A stretch of DNA of 63,589 nt, the filler included, from Perkinsus chesapeaki ATCC PRA-425 (Eukaryota; Protista; Perkinsozoa): the NCBI GenBank assembly GCA_013115145.1. It is 11 parts of 11 records of this genome, joined end to end, with 100 filler letters (N's around TTAATTAATTAA, not from the genome) between each part and the next. Parts side by side here need not be neighbours in the genome. Positions count along the whole stretch, not along the records: positions 62,424 to 63,589 come from JAAPAO010002135.1; 10 more parts are not named here. One strand, given 5' to 3'. This document shows, piece after piece, positions 63,225 through 63,589 of this stretch; the first letter of the stretch is position 1; each line of letters opens with the position of its first letter. Below the pieces are notes generated by a model that saw only the letters and a list, made by a program, of their open reading frames with translations, ran no database searches and was not told the DNA's origin. A program made the translations under genes and the position numbers.

Positions 63225-63589
63225 ATCAGGTGTATCATCCACCTGAGCAACCTTAATGATAAAATTGCATGGTGATGCGTTGTTCATTGCCACTCAGTGG
63301 CAATATACCTCATTTCAGGGCATACTGTATCGATATATTGTCTCGGCTATGAGTTACTTGTTTTTAGCAGGTTTTATGCCTCTCCGAGGCCACCTATGGC
63401 CACTCGCTTCCAGGGAGTGATTAGTGCTGGACCAATACTGTTGGTCATGTCGTATGGTCCAGGAACTGGTATCACTTGTATGACCTGTGCTTTACGCGGA
63501 TAAATCGGGGACATGGTGAGTTTGAAACTCAGAGCTTCTCAGCATGTCCCTGGTATAATTCTGAAGACCGTCGACCACCCCAAGATCTA

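Overview
Eukaryotic, intron-rich alveolate DNA, most likely Perkinsus. This is inferred from short GT-AG introns, a very AT-rich Cys-free cytochrome b fragment, a possible spliced-leader relic and abundant tyrosine-recombinase retroelements. The window is not one locus. It is about 11 contigs joined by N...TTAATTAATTAA...N linkers: 1-21087, 21188-31955, 32056-39989, 40090-41695, 41796-42902, 43003-44440, 44541-46365, 46466-56568, 56669-60406, 60507-62323 and 62424-63589. Host genes: a ~9-kb UFD2/UBE4 U-box ligase, a Sec14/CRAL-TRIO protein, thioredoxin, sphingosine-1-phosphate lyase, an F-BAR protein, exosome RRP45, an NmrA-like reductase, a tandem CCCH protein, an intronless epimerase/C-methyltransferase fusion, tRNA-Leu(AAG) and tRNA-Pro(CGG). 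Mobile DNA: several DIRS/Ngaro-type YR retroelements, Ty3/gypsy fragments and a Tc1/IS630-type element with ~190-bp TIRs. One contig is a mitochondrial cob fragment folded into a 754-bp-arm palindrome. The most unusual signal is that short introns fall into gene-specific sequence families: three UFD2 introns begin with a tRNA 3' half, three others carry GCTTCGCTCCGC, and three Sec14 introns carry the palindrome ATCGATC-N4-GATCGAT. All exon/intron calls were made by hand; no database searches were run.
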